DNA of 64,000 nt from Ramazzottius varieornatus. Its lineage: Eukaryota; Animalia; Tardigrada. A program made the position numbers and the translations under genes. This document shows positions 1 through 15,286 of this stretch, piece after piece. How positions within the stretch are numbered: the first letter of the stretch is position 1; each line of letters begins with the position of its first letter. The stretch is taken from assembly GCA_001949185.1 (NCBI GenBank), contig BDGG01000014.1, positions 1,395,378 through 1,459,377 of the forward strand, given 5' to 3'. Under the pieces are notes generated by a model. It was not told the origin of the DNA. It saw nothing but the letters and a program-made list of their open reading frames with translations, and made no database searches.

Positions 1-529
1 CTCTTCTTTTGTACGATGTATTTATTTCTACTATTTACTGTACTTTCATGCAGCTGGAAGGCTGACTGCTTGCCACCGTGTGCCCCACTCCCAACACGGT
101 TCTTCTTTTCCCTTTGTCTAGCTGGGTCTTCTCCTGACTCTTCCCCGTGACAGACCTTAGTTACTTTCTTGTTGAATGTTCGGCCTTTCGGTAAAACATG
201 GAGTCCGTAACGGTAGAGAGCAGAAAACTTTATCGCATTCCTCCGTCGCTTCTTCGAGAAACAGCTGCTAGTCCCCTACGATCTGAACTCCTTGTTTTTC
301 CACGGTCGCTGGACTAGGGAATGATTTACGCCTTGCCGACGAACTATATGCTTAGTAGGCGCTGAACCTATCGTTCTTGAACGTTTGCCGGATACTTCAC
401 ACTTTTCGAGTGTGCGATTCGCCGATCCTTGACAATGATTTTTCGTACGTCTTGCAACAAGTCATCAAGCCACGATACGATTACGGTACATTTAGGATAC
501 TTCATGGATTGAAGGAACCGAAATCGAAT

Positions 530-837
530 TCTCTGGCCGGAAACCAACCCGGAAGTCGACGCGGAAACGATCATTACTCCACTTTTTTAATACAAAGTAT
601 CCATCAAAAAATAGTTTTAGCATTCTCTCGCTGTGCTCTATCGAATGATCAGAAAAAACAGATCTCGGACCCCAAACTTTCTTGCGATCTGGGGGTCCGA
701 GATGTGTTTTCTTTGACCATTCGATGGAGCACAGCGAGAAGATGATAAAAATATTTTTTGATGGATACTTTGTATTGAAAAAATGGAGTAATGATCGTTT
801 CCGCGCCGACTTCCGGGTTGGTTTCCGGCCGGAGAGA
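530..837. mobile_element. ~310 bp imperfect palindrome (fold-back/MITE-like element)
   Basis: The left arm (ctctggccggaaaccaacccggaagtcgacgcggaaacgatcattactcca...) is the reverse complement of the right arm (...tggagtaatgatcgtttccgcgccgacttccgggttggtttccggccggagag). Arms are ~145 bp with a short loop near 675-690. Confidence 0.8.
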
Positions 838-1401
838 TCCCATGTTCATTGCCTTGTATTCTAGAGCGAACCATTTGCAGTGGTGTTTACCCTGGTATAT
901 TGACATCAGATTTGTCTGCTCACGGGGTAACAAAGTCATTAGGGACCTTAGATCGGACAGAGCGGTCCGGCGTTCGAGGAAAAGTGTGCTCGGAGTCTGC
1001 GGTTGAATATTCTACTAGCCTTGCCAGAAGCGTGCGTCTGCCGTCGACCACCGTATGCCTGGAAGCCTGGCTTCAACCAGCACAATTATACAGGATCAAT
1101 ATCAGATGGTGTCAACTCAAGGTGGGATTACAAACGGTAGAAAAACTTGGAGATTGAGGGATTCAACTACGAGCAAAGAACCCACGCCACTTTAGGTCCA
1201 ATAGAGTTCAAATCGATGAGATTACAAAAGAGACGGAGTAAAACTTCCTTATTATCGATTGATAAAACGGAAAGTGAGACATTAGTAGAAACGAAAGTCT
1301 GCAAAAATAAATAGCATAACAAAAAAAGCGACGGAAAAGGTGGCTTTGCTGAAAGAAGAGATAATAAGATCAAAGGTAAAAAGTGAGCAAGGTAAAATGG
1401 T

Positions 1402-5072
<3,671 letters not shown>

Positions 5073-5190
5073 TCTTTACAGGTACACCCGCGCAGTCCAG
5101 CAGTTGCACATTCCGATACACAGCCAAGAATGCTTGTAGCCTTGCACACTCTTTCAACGCTGACGGACCAGACAACAGTAGCTGCTACTT

Positions 5191-5312
5191 CCGATAAGCA
5201 TGCATTTTTCCATAAACATCACCGCCGAGCTTATCATTGATGAGCATGAATGAACATAACGCCCGATAAGAATGCAGATGGTCATAAAAACAATGGTCCG
5301 ATAAGAATGCAG
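5191..5312. promoter_or_regulatory. Three copies of CCGATAAG(C/A)ATGC upstream of the PAK start
   Basis: Copies start at 5191, 5263 and 5298. Each contains a GATAAG core. Confidence 0.35.
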
Positions 5313-5770
5313 CACAATGAAAAACACAGTTGTAAACTTCCGCTCGCCAATGGAGCCTTCGACGTCATCGACGCAACAGGTTTATTGGTTTCGATACACT
5401 TGTGGCAAGCCGTGAGGCTTCGTTGAACTAAGCGCTCACATCAGTTGCGTACGGGATCTGCTGCTGCGATCGGCCTGCCAAGCCAGAACTAACATTCCGT
5501 CGAGTCAGCACAAGCGATGATTCGTGAGGAACGCACAATTATTCTGCGATTCGAGTCTCTCCGTAAACGTCTTTCCACTCTTTCGCATAGTTTCCCGACA
5601 GCTCAACTTCTGGACTTGAATTCAGTACTTATAATTAAAAAAGAACTGTACCATCAACTAGTGCCAAGAAGCAGTAGAAAACTAAAAAGTGACGCAATTC
5701 ACACCAAGGCAGAAAATAAATTCCGAGAAAAGGAGTGAAAGGCATCACTAGAAAAAGTTTGCAAGTTCTT

Positions 5771-8700
5771 TTAACCGGCGAGATCTCTTTCCAACGCTCT
5801 CCATATTCCCTTCACCTTCTCGTCGTGACTTCCGGCAGTCAGAGCTGCTCCCACCACTCTGACATCCAAAGCCGCGGCGTAACCTCTCAGTTCATCACCA
5901 CCACCCACCATCAGCGTACCCAGTGCCACAAACGCCCGGAACAGAGCTTCATCATCGCTGACAGCAGTCGGTACCTTCATCATCTCCACCAGGCCATACA
6001 GCAGCTGCAACTTGTCCTCGGTGGCTCCTCGTCCATTCAGCATGACAGCAAAGTTCACAATTAGAGTAATTCTGGCAATTTGGGCATTCTTATCAGCTGG
6101 ACTGTTCGTCGATTCGGCCACAGCCGACAGAATCTTCTGCCGCTGCTGAGACAAAAAGTGGTGACCAGACGCACCAGCCAAAAAAGTATTGCTCAGTATC
6201 TTTAAACTCAGCTGCTGGTTGGCCGCACTCTTGTTGGTCTTTACTAAGGGCAGGAGAAAGTCCAGGAAGAAAGCTCCACGTTCGACACCACAAAAGTAAT
6301 CACAGACTGCCTGGTGACGGATGGCTAGGCGTAGCAGATCCAGCGCCGGAAACAGCTTCCCTAAAAGCAAGAAAAAACCTGGTTGCATTTCACATGTAGA
6401 GAAGCAGAAATCAGTCTTCTCCACTCTTATATATCAAAAAGATTGACACAATTAAACTGTAGTTTAATTGATGCCAACTTCTGACTGAGATATGACCTTC
6501 GGGCAGGTCCAGAAGTCTTCCCAGGTCATTCATCGCTTCAAAGCTGGGTGCGCTGGCGCTGACTGTCTCCTTCTGCATGAGGCCGCTAAGCTCTTTGACT
6601 GTGCTCTCCGACAGCTCGATGCCCTGGCTCTTGGTGAATTCCAGCAATTTCTCTATACAAAACCAATTGGCAACTGCATCCTATCACAATACGAGCCAGC
6701 AAGTAACTTAGGTGTACATATGGTACAATCATTATGGAAGGGCAAGGTCGAACTTACTGAGGATGCCCTCGACATTGGCAGTGTGAAAGCCCACGAATTC
6801 AGTGAGCGGATAGTTATCGTTGGAAGCAGGAGCAGTGGATGTGTTGGCGACGGTAGCTGCAGCGCCTCCGGTGTGGTAACTAGTTGCGCCAGTGAAGGGA
6901 TCACTGTTCAGCGCAGACTTGGTCGCCGGGCCACCTCCGCCAAATCCTCCTGCTACATACCGACCACCACCTGCAAGACATGCTACACAGCTGGAACATG
7001 TACTGGCTACTCCATTTACGAGTATTCAGTCCGTCAGCCCGGGGTACCAACCGGTGAAAGGGTCGCTGTAAACAGCCGAAGGTGTGGTGGCAGATTGAGG
7101 GATGGAGCCGGCGCCTGGTGCGTTCTGCATTATGAACTTGGCCACTGTTTCCAGATAACCTACAACGAACATTGCCATATATTATTTCATGCCACTGAAG
7201 GATGAAAAGCGCGTGGCTGACTCACTCTGTGGCAGATCTTGAGTATGAAGAAAGGTTTGAGCCACCATCCAGGGATCTTCACTAAGGTTGTAAGGCAGCT
7301 TAACCGGCGGCTTATTCTCGTCAAAGTCCACGTTGAAGACGTAATCGTACTCCTGCAAAGCCCAGTCCCTTATCTACTCGCCGGCTGGTAACATATGATA
7401 TTTATGCGTGACGTTACAACATGACATACCTTTCCCTGGTGCAGTGTTTTACCCGAGCTTTGCTGGCTGCCGCCGGTGGAGCCGACAACGTCGCCAATCT
7501 TGGTCCAGCAGCCCTGGCTGGCACTCCAATTGTGAATTTCCACCTTGTCCTTGCCTCGCCGAATGATCTTGGTCTGGCCGTCCTTCCTACCGGGCTGCAG
7601 TAGGGCCGCTTCCGTCGGCAAGTCCTCCATCTTGATGCCTTCCAGCACTTCTTTTGAGTCGACAGCCATCGTGGCCAACTCGGCCTCGTAGGCCTTCTGA
7701 ATCTCTTCGCCAGCTGCCCGACTGCTATCTCGGGTGAATACACGAATGATCCCATCACTATCAAGCATCCAAAGCAACGCTTAGTAATCAGCACAACATT
7801 AACACTATACCCCATTCCATCGACGACGACGCTATTTCATCGCCTTCACCGCTGCTTCCTTTTCCTGGCGTCTAAAAAGGAAGACAAGAACACATTGTTC
7901 ACTTACTGGGTAATACTGGAAAGCCAGGGGGAAAAGGCACTCCTGACCAGTGACCAAAGTAAGAGCTAGCAATATTGGCAGCATTTTGACCAGACAATGT
8001 CCATTTATGACAATTGCCAGCTTCGATAGTGCCTTACAGTCTTTTCTACCTACTGAACTGGAGCTAAACTCACCGGCCATCGAGGAGCGGTGCGATAGGG
8101 GCGATGATAGCTGTTTCCGACCAGTACTGAAAGGAGAAAGAAAAGTTTCCTTCTAGACAAGGAAATTACCTGGAACCAGTGACGATGTCGCCGTTGGGCA
8201 AAGCCGCCACTGCCCAGATGGAGCGGGCAGGAAGACGAATGGTCTGCAGCGAGTCGGCCAGCTGTTCCTTCCAGACGCGGACCGAAGCGTCTTCGGAGGA
8301 AGTGACGAAGCCGTCGAGACCGAGGCGCGCTATGGAGTAGATGTAGTTGCTGTGGCCGTAGTGGACTTGGCGGCATGTTCCGCTCTGAATGTCCCAGTGC
8401 CTGATGGTGGCATCGTTGGCACAGGACAAAACTTCATTCGACCGCAGAGAGACCAATCCACGAACCACATCGCTATGGCCTAAAGACGATAACTCATTTA
8501 TTTCAAAAACTAACTCAGCGCCTTGGTGGAAACGATCGTCTTGAAAAGTTCGGCCAACTGACCGCTTAGAGTTTTGATGAGCTTGCCAGAAATGTTCCAG
8601 ATCTTGACGGTCTTGTCTGCAGAGCCAGTGGCCAGCAAGACGTCGCCGTCAGCGGTAGATGAGAAGACAAACTCAACGGCCCACACTGCCATTGCGTGGC

Positions 8701-9341
8701 CTTCCAGCGTGGCTATCCTCATGCTGTCCTGCCATAAGATGGCTGTGCAGTCCCATGAACCTGTCAGGATCATGCCACTTTCATGGGCAGCAACTGCAGA
8801 CACTGCAAGAAGCAAGAGGACACTGTGACTTGGAAATTGGAAACACTGAGGTACAGCCCCGACAGAGAAAAAGATGCAGTCAGGCTGAACCAAAAGCATG
8901 TCCGGCACACAGACAGGTGAAGATGATGGATTACCTGCATCTTTGTGGCCAGCAAGGGTAAACTCCGGGATGGCTGGATTGGGTGAGAGCGGATTATGAG
9001 CTTCCACCAATTTGTCATGGCTGCCAGTCAGAAAGAGGCCCTGTGGGTACGAAGTGTTGGTTGGAAGCCAAGCCACGCTGGAAACGTACTTTTGATGGCC
9101 CTTAAAACAGGCTGTCGATGAAAAACGTCCCCTTCGAAAGTACACAATCATCAAACGCCAGCTTTCAACAACCTCAATGCCATTCCACTTACTCATTTTC
9201 CGTCCAGACCAGGCAAGTCTTGTCTCTCGAGCCGGAGATGAAGGTTTGAGGGGAAGATCGGGTAGCAGCCAGAGCTCGCACATCGCCAGCATGGCCGGTC
9301 AACACCGCGTGCAGCTTATAACTCTCCTCGGCGCCAGACAT
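5771..9341 (-). CDS. PLAA: Phospholipase A2-activating protein / Doa1-Ufd3 (WD40-PFU-PUL), multi-exon
   Basis: WD40 repeats (GHAGDVRAL..SGSRDKT, TGSWDCTA, CANDATIRHW, GHSNYIYS), the PFU region (WTKIGDVVG, EYDYVFNV, DPFTG repeats) and the PUL region (FPALDLLRL, FRAFVALGTL). Confidence 0.93.
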
Positions 9342-10411
9342 ACTGCTTTCCCCGCTTGACGCCAACCTCCGCCTTCCGCTCTTCCAAATTTCAGTCACCG
9401 AGCGTCTCGTCTATCTGGTGGGATTCAACTCAGAACTCACTGGCACTCACTGGATAAACCATCCCAGGCATACATGAGCTGCTAAAGGGGGCCTTGCCGG
9501 AACGTCAAACACACTGATTGAGCGATTGATTGATTATGTTCCGCTAACAAACAGATAGGACCGATACGGTGTACGTCATACGTTGGTGATATACAGTACG
9601 TAATGTGATGTAATCTACTAACAAAACTCAAGATGAGCTCTTCATTCAATCAAGGGATCCAAGCAACAGAAGAAAACCGTCTCGCCAAACACAAGCAACC
9701 GCTGGGCTGCAAAAGCGTGAGTGACATAGTTTGAACCGGGTGCCTGTGTGTAGAAGTCTACACCGTGTACACATTGCCAACTGGTTGATCATGATTCATC
9801 AAATGTCTTTTTCGACAGCTTGCGACTTTGGCAGGCCATCTGCAAGTGGAGGCCCCATTTGGTAGCACTCCACTGGCACTGATCCCAGGGAAAAACGAAA
9901 ATGTGATGCCCTAAATCAACAGACTCCAATCAATCGTTTTTTCAACAAAGACACGTTAACTCGTTCGTCGGACTGTACGAAGTACGTACCACGTACGTAC
10001 ACGAACACGTACATTGTACAAGAAACCGAAAGTCAAGAGAAACTGATTTCTCTCACTTGCTTGATTGATGCCCTGCTGAACAGATTGTCCCGTCAAAGCC
10101 GTCCTTTTGTTCTGCTGTTACCCGCAGCATACGCCGTGTTCCTACGAACACGTTCACAACGATCTGAGTGATTTATTCTAATTTATTCAATTTACAATTT
10201 TTTCAAATTGTTTTCAATTTTTTCAGTTTATTTTTAATTTATTCAATTTACAGGTACATGTAAAATGCAGCAGAGAACACACGGTATAACTTGCTACCGC
10301 ACGCCGAGATTCAGAATTTCAAACGGGGGCAAAATTTGCTACACAACATATTACACCATAAATAAATCTGGACAAAAAATAAAACTGGACAAAAGCAACC
10401 ATAATAATTTA

Positions 10412-11515
10412 CTAAGTACAGATCAAAAGACAGAAACGTTTGGTCAGGGCAACTCGGTCTCTGACGTTCTTGTCGGAAATGGCCACCTTACCTACATCAA
10501 GAAAAAACTCGGTGCATGTCCCGTAGCTAAACCCAGATCAAGCTGATGGGAAAGAATGACAGGACTTACCACTGGCAATCTCGTCGGCAAACTGGCCGTT
10601 TTCGTCCAGCAACTCTTGGATGGCTGCGTTGATCAGGCCACTACCGGCCTTCACCACGTCTCTCCAAGAACGCTCCGTGGGAACATCTTCGACTCCATTG
10701 GAAAGACGGCTTGCCGTCGACTGCAGTTTCCTTACAGTCTTCAAGACGAAGCGCAGCTTGTCGATGTTCTTCTGCGAGGGATCGGTCTTGACGACATCTT
10801 GCAGGTATCGGCCCAGGTCCAGCAGTACCTCCACAATCAGACGGTTCCAGCTCCGCAGAAGCCCCACGTTGGCAGCGTTGTTGGGCGGCGTCGTCGTTCC
10901 CGTAGTCTCATCATTCGCCGCTGTCTGGTTCACAAACCGTTCGATCTCTGCAAGCACAAAATGAACAGGAAGTCAGCACTGATCGACTTGACTGGTTTGG
11001 GTAACGTACCAGGAAATGAAAAACCGTCTAATCATACAAATCAAGGGTAACCTACTGGTCAAGTGTTCAGCAATGTGGCACAGACGACTGTAGTCCTGGT
11101 AGGCCTTTTCCTGTGGGTTCCACTTGAAGAAGCGAGCTTCACATCCGCATCGGTCAGCGAGGCAGATGGCTTGCGGCATCAGAGTGCACGTCTTCTTCTG
11201 ACAAGCATCGGGAAGGCAGAGGAGTCCGAGGCTGGAGTCACAGCTGGACCTGGGCAAGGAGGAAGTGCTGCTGATCGAGGCGGGCGTGTCTTCATCCTCC
11301 AACAGGGCTTCTCGACGTTTGCGGCCAGGATTGTAGAAACAACGGCCTGCAAGGACAATACGACACTTTCCATCGGGTCTATAATTCCAAAGAGGAAGAC
11401 AACAAGTGGAAAATGCGGGGAAACTGACCTTCGGCCCAAGATGGATCGTTCTTCTGGCAGTACATCCCTGCACAGCAGTCACCTTGCGCACCGTTGTCGC
11501 CACGGCAGGTCGAAT
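10412..11515 (-). CDS. Cys-rich precursor: knottin-like module + G-RKRR + second Cys module + helical region + KR-FCLLICT; 5' end not resolved (gap)
   Basis: Phase-consistent exons 11515-11429, 11346-~11056, ~10947-10570 and ~10491-10412 with GT-AG junctions give one open frame: DSTCRGDNGAQGDCCAGMYCQKNDPSWAEGRCFYNPGRKRR... Confidence 0.72.
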
Positions 11516-12121
11516 CTGCAAAGGGAAGGTTGGATCAAAGGTTGGATCCACNNNNNNNNNNNNNNNNNNNNNNNNNNNNNNNNNNNNNNNNNNNNNNNNN
11601 NGCCAGAAAAACCTTGACTGTGAAACTACCCATCTCTTGCAGCAACTTTTATACACAAGACTGACCATTCTTCGCCATAGAGATTCAAGGACCTGCTCTT
11701 AGAACTCCTGACCAATCATACAAAGTATAATCGGAACAAAAGCAATCAGCGATGTGCCAACATTCTAAGGTCCTTTTGTTCCCTGCACCAAATACCGCCC
11801 AGAGTTTCCTACGTTTGCTTTGCCTGCTTTACTGACTGTACAGTGTACACTGTACACTGTGCACCCACCGTACTGTTGCATCGATCAGAATTCAAAAGTT
11901 CAGAATCGTCAGAGGGATAGGAGTTCCATCAGTGACATCAGCGGTCGTATCATCAAGATAACTAAGTATCCAGCTTCATTTTCCGAGAATTCGCTGCATC
12001 CAGAATTTGGGAAATGCTAATATGAGGTTACAAGTGATGAATCAAAAGTGGGAAGTAAGAGATCGGCCATCAGTGGGTCACGGTAGACCTTCGGATAAAC
12101 TTTACATCGCAAGCAACAAGC

Positions 12122-14402
12122 TCATTTTTCAGGGTTGCGTGCTAGGCGGAAAGCCGTCTGTCCTCCTAGACAAAAAAGGTCTTGGCCAAGACTGGAAGGA
12201 GAATGGAGCTTGAAAGATGGGGAAAGAAGAATGGTGCTCACCGGTGCTTTCTGAAAATGAAGGTCCTCAAAGATTTCTTGCCTAATTTGTTTCTTGAGGA
12301 GGTTCTTTTGTTTGACAGCTCTGACCGTCATCGGTTTGCCATTGCGCCATTCGTTGAGCTGAGTAATGGCTGCCGCGATGGCCAGCGATTCTTCACTGTT
12401 ACCCACCACTTCCTGACAAACCTCCAGCGTTTCCCCCGTTTCCGCCTACAAGCCCCCAAACATCATTAAGGCGTGTAGCAAGCAACATGGAAAATGTCGT
12501 GGTGAAGTGGACCTTACCTCGAGTTGGCAGTCAAAGGAGGTGGGCGAGCCGACACTTCTGGTCGACGATTCGGTCTCGTCTTCTTCCACCAGTCGTGAAT
12601 GGCCCATCGTCACGCTTCTGCCAACTTGGTCGACATCGTAGCCTTTGGTCAAGCTAGGAATCTCCTGGTTGATGACAGTGCCGCCCATGCCACTCTTGGC
12701 TCGCGACAAGCGTTGGGGGTACATGCGCAGCACCTCCATCAAGTCGATGGTCTCCTCAGTCGCTTGGCGAAAGACCACGTTACTGCTGCCCGTCGGCGAT
12801 GGCGTCTTGCGGCACTTTCTTGTCAACATGTTGCCGTTGACAATATCCTGCAGAATGCCCATATTCCAGACTATCAGCAGAACAAACAAAGACGCCAGAT
12901 TGACCATGGGAAAAAAGCTGCCCACCTTGAGGGTGTCTTTGTTGTCCCATACAGCTTGCTTGGCTGGAGGCAGGTCGTAGAGAGGGTTACGCTGTATGGC
13001 AGGCTCCATGGCCACACTAAGGACCTGCGTACAGCGAAGAGTGCTGCTGATGGTGCCGCTGACGGTACTGGACAGCGAAGGCGACGAAGGACTCTTGTCG
13101 GTAGTCACCGTATCCAGCTGCCCCTTCTCTGAACATATCACTGATGACCGCAGCTTCCGGACAATGACACGTCTGTGTTTGTTTTATGCAACAAAAACCA
13201 TGATGCATCAAAATTCATCATACCAAACGACAGACGTAACGTTGAACTTGCACCGAAAATCCACTGATGGTCGTGCCCAACATATCTCTGACAAGACAAT
13301 GTCCCTTTCTTCAAAGCCATTTTCTCCGACGGGACAAATCAGGTTTTAACAGATAATCAAGATATTTTTCTAATATTTGTCAAATATTTTCAGTAGCGCT
13401 GAATGTAGCCTTAATTTTACCGTTGTTTGCAGTGGACAAAGAGGACGGCAGAGAAGATGATGAGGAAAAAGGCGATGATACAGACGGAGGCCAGCAGCCA
13501 ATTTTGTCCGCTGATGGAGGAGTGAACATCACGAAGGATGTCTGGCAGGTACATCTGTGGTTGACGACATCAAGAACAACGGAGCCATTAGAGACATTTA
13601 CCATCGCTTGTAAAATAAGCCATCATTACAAGACGTAAAAGAGGTCGTCAAAATGAGCATGATGATTGCTCGTCGTTCTTTGATGACAGCTATTAACCAT
13701 CGTTGGCTATAATTTAGGCCTGACATCTTTCACAGCCGCCTTGGCCTACCTCAAGGGAGTCATTGCAGCGAACTCGTCCGCCAGTGGACAGTGCATTCTT
13801 CAGCTGCAGAACCAGATCATCGGCTCCCTCGCTGGTGGTGATCATGACGCGCACCACATCGTCCTTCCGCCATTCTAACACCGTTGTCGTCAAGACAGGC
13901 TTGCTGAACATATAAACACCACTGACAATAGAACCATGTTGAACAACGCTTTGACCTGTCGTACATCTATCTCTCTAGCTTCCTCTAGCGTTGACCGGAA
14001 GTGACACTGGACCAGAGCGGCAGCTAAACAAAGATCATAACGTACCGTTGTGCGCGCAGGATACTGCGCGGCAGAAGGCTGCCCAGGCATTCCTTTAGAT
14101 CGCCTTGCCAATCCTGTCAAGATGCAGCACCTTCAACCACCAATATGCTTATATGACGATCATGAGCTGACCTGCTGCGGATGGAAAGGCTGAACGTCAA
14201 GTTCCATCAGTGGGACGGTGGAAAAGGTGCCGACACCGCGAAGGGAAAAGGCCGATGAGGAAGCTGGCGAGGCGTAGCCCGCTGGATAGCTCAGACGACT
14301 AGGCGCACCTGGTGCCATGTTGGCTGCGGGTAAAGGCTGACCGGAAGTGAGCATGCGCCGCGGCGAGTCCAAATCGCCGTCCAAGGCTTCTTCGGCACTT
14401 CC
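12122..14402 (-). CDS. Probable uncharacterised multi-exon gene
   Basis: A chain of minus-strand ORFs bounded by splice-like sites (12122-12409, 12446-13141, 13380-13604, 13714-13911, 14160-14492). No family was recognised and the exon phases were not fully reconciled. Confidence 0.45.
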
Positions 14403-15286
14403 TACGACAAGACCCAGAAATTTTGAAAGGGAGCCGGAGAATAATGGATGCAAGAGCGGACATAAGTCGGCGCTTGCAGCAGGGTAGGACAAACAAGAAA
14501 GACGAGAGTGGTCAGTTCAGTAGTTGTGGTGCTGCCGTAACATGTGCTCTAGACAAAGTTCGAGCTGTTTTACGAGCTGACATGAAGTGAAGATATGACA
14601 GATGACAGGGCTTTGTGCTGTCAGCTCGTGTCACGGATGAGCGCGTTTACAACCGCAGACTCCTTCCAGCCATCAATCTCACAAGTCCATCATCATCCGC
14701 CGTCGACTCTTTAGCCAGCTCATTCATAAACCCCCACCATCAAGACCCTTCCTCAATGACGGCCCACTACTCTGGCTCTCAATCTCTTCAACCATATACT
14801 GTATTGCCCCGATATCTTCGCGAACCCCGTTGCTCGTGGCGCCACCTACAGGACGTACGTCATCCATACATACGTGCCCTTCCGCCGTACGTCATGTACG
14901 TTTCGTAGGGGGCGCCATGAGTATCCGGCTTCGCGGAGATGTCGGGGGAATACAGTACCCTCACTTCTTCCAGCTGTGCCACCTTGATGCTTTTCGCGAT
15001 AAGCAAAAAAGCCCGCACAGGTCTCCCTGTAGACTTGATATCAAAGTCTGGAGCAGCCAATTTATTATCATCGTCATTACAGTATCTGTTCAAGCTGTAA
15101 GTATACTGTACGATATCCTTTGTATCAAGGCAATAATCGAGCGGCTTAAAGCTCGTTTCACGCTCGGTCAACCCTTCATAAGCGCCTAATTACCTCTTAT
15201 TACCCACCCAGCACCCTCCCTCCCTCCCACCCTCCCACAACACAACATATTATAATATGCTCGCGCTCCGTTAAGCTCAAACGTAA

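Noticed and set aside
45-275. Minus-strand frame containing HVLPKGRTFN, faintly Tc1/mariner-like
   Set aside because: Too short, no DDE/D residues identifiable, and truncated by the window edge.
6492-7205. 237-aa plus-strand ORF and similar long antisense ORFs (10556-11050, 11063-11617, 12599-13132)
   Set aside because: They are shadows of minus-strand coding exons and show no independent motifs.
11495-11510. Functional link between the knottin RGD and the integrin alpha gene in the same window
   Set aside because: They are ~31 kb apart with many unrelated genes between them; proximity in an animal genome is not evidence.
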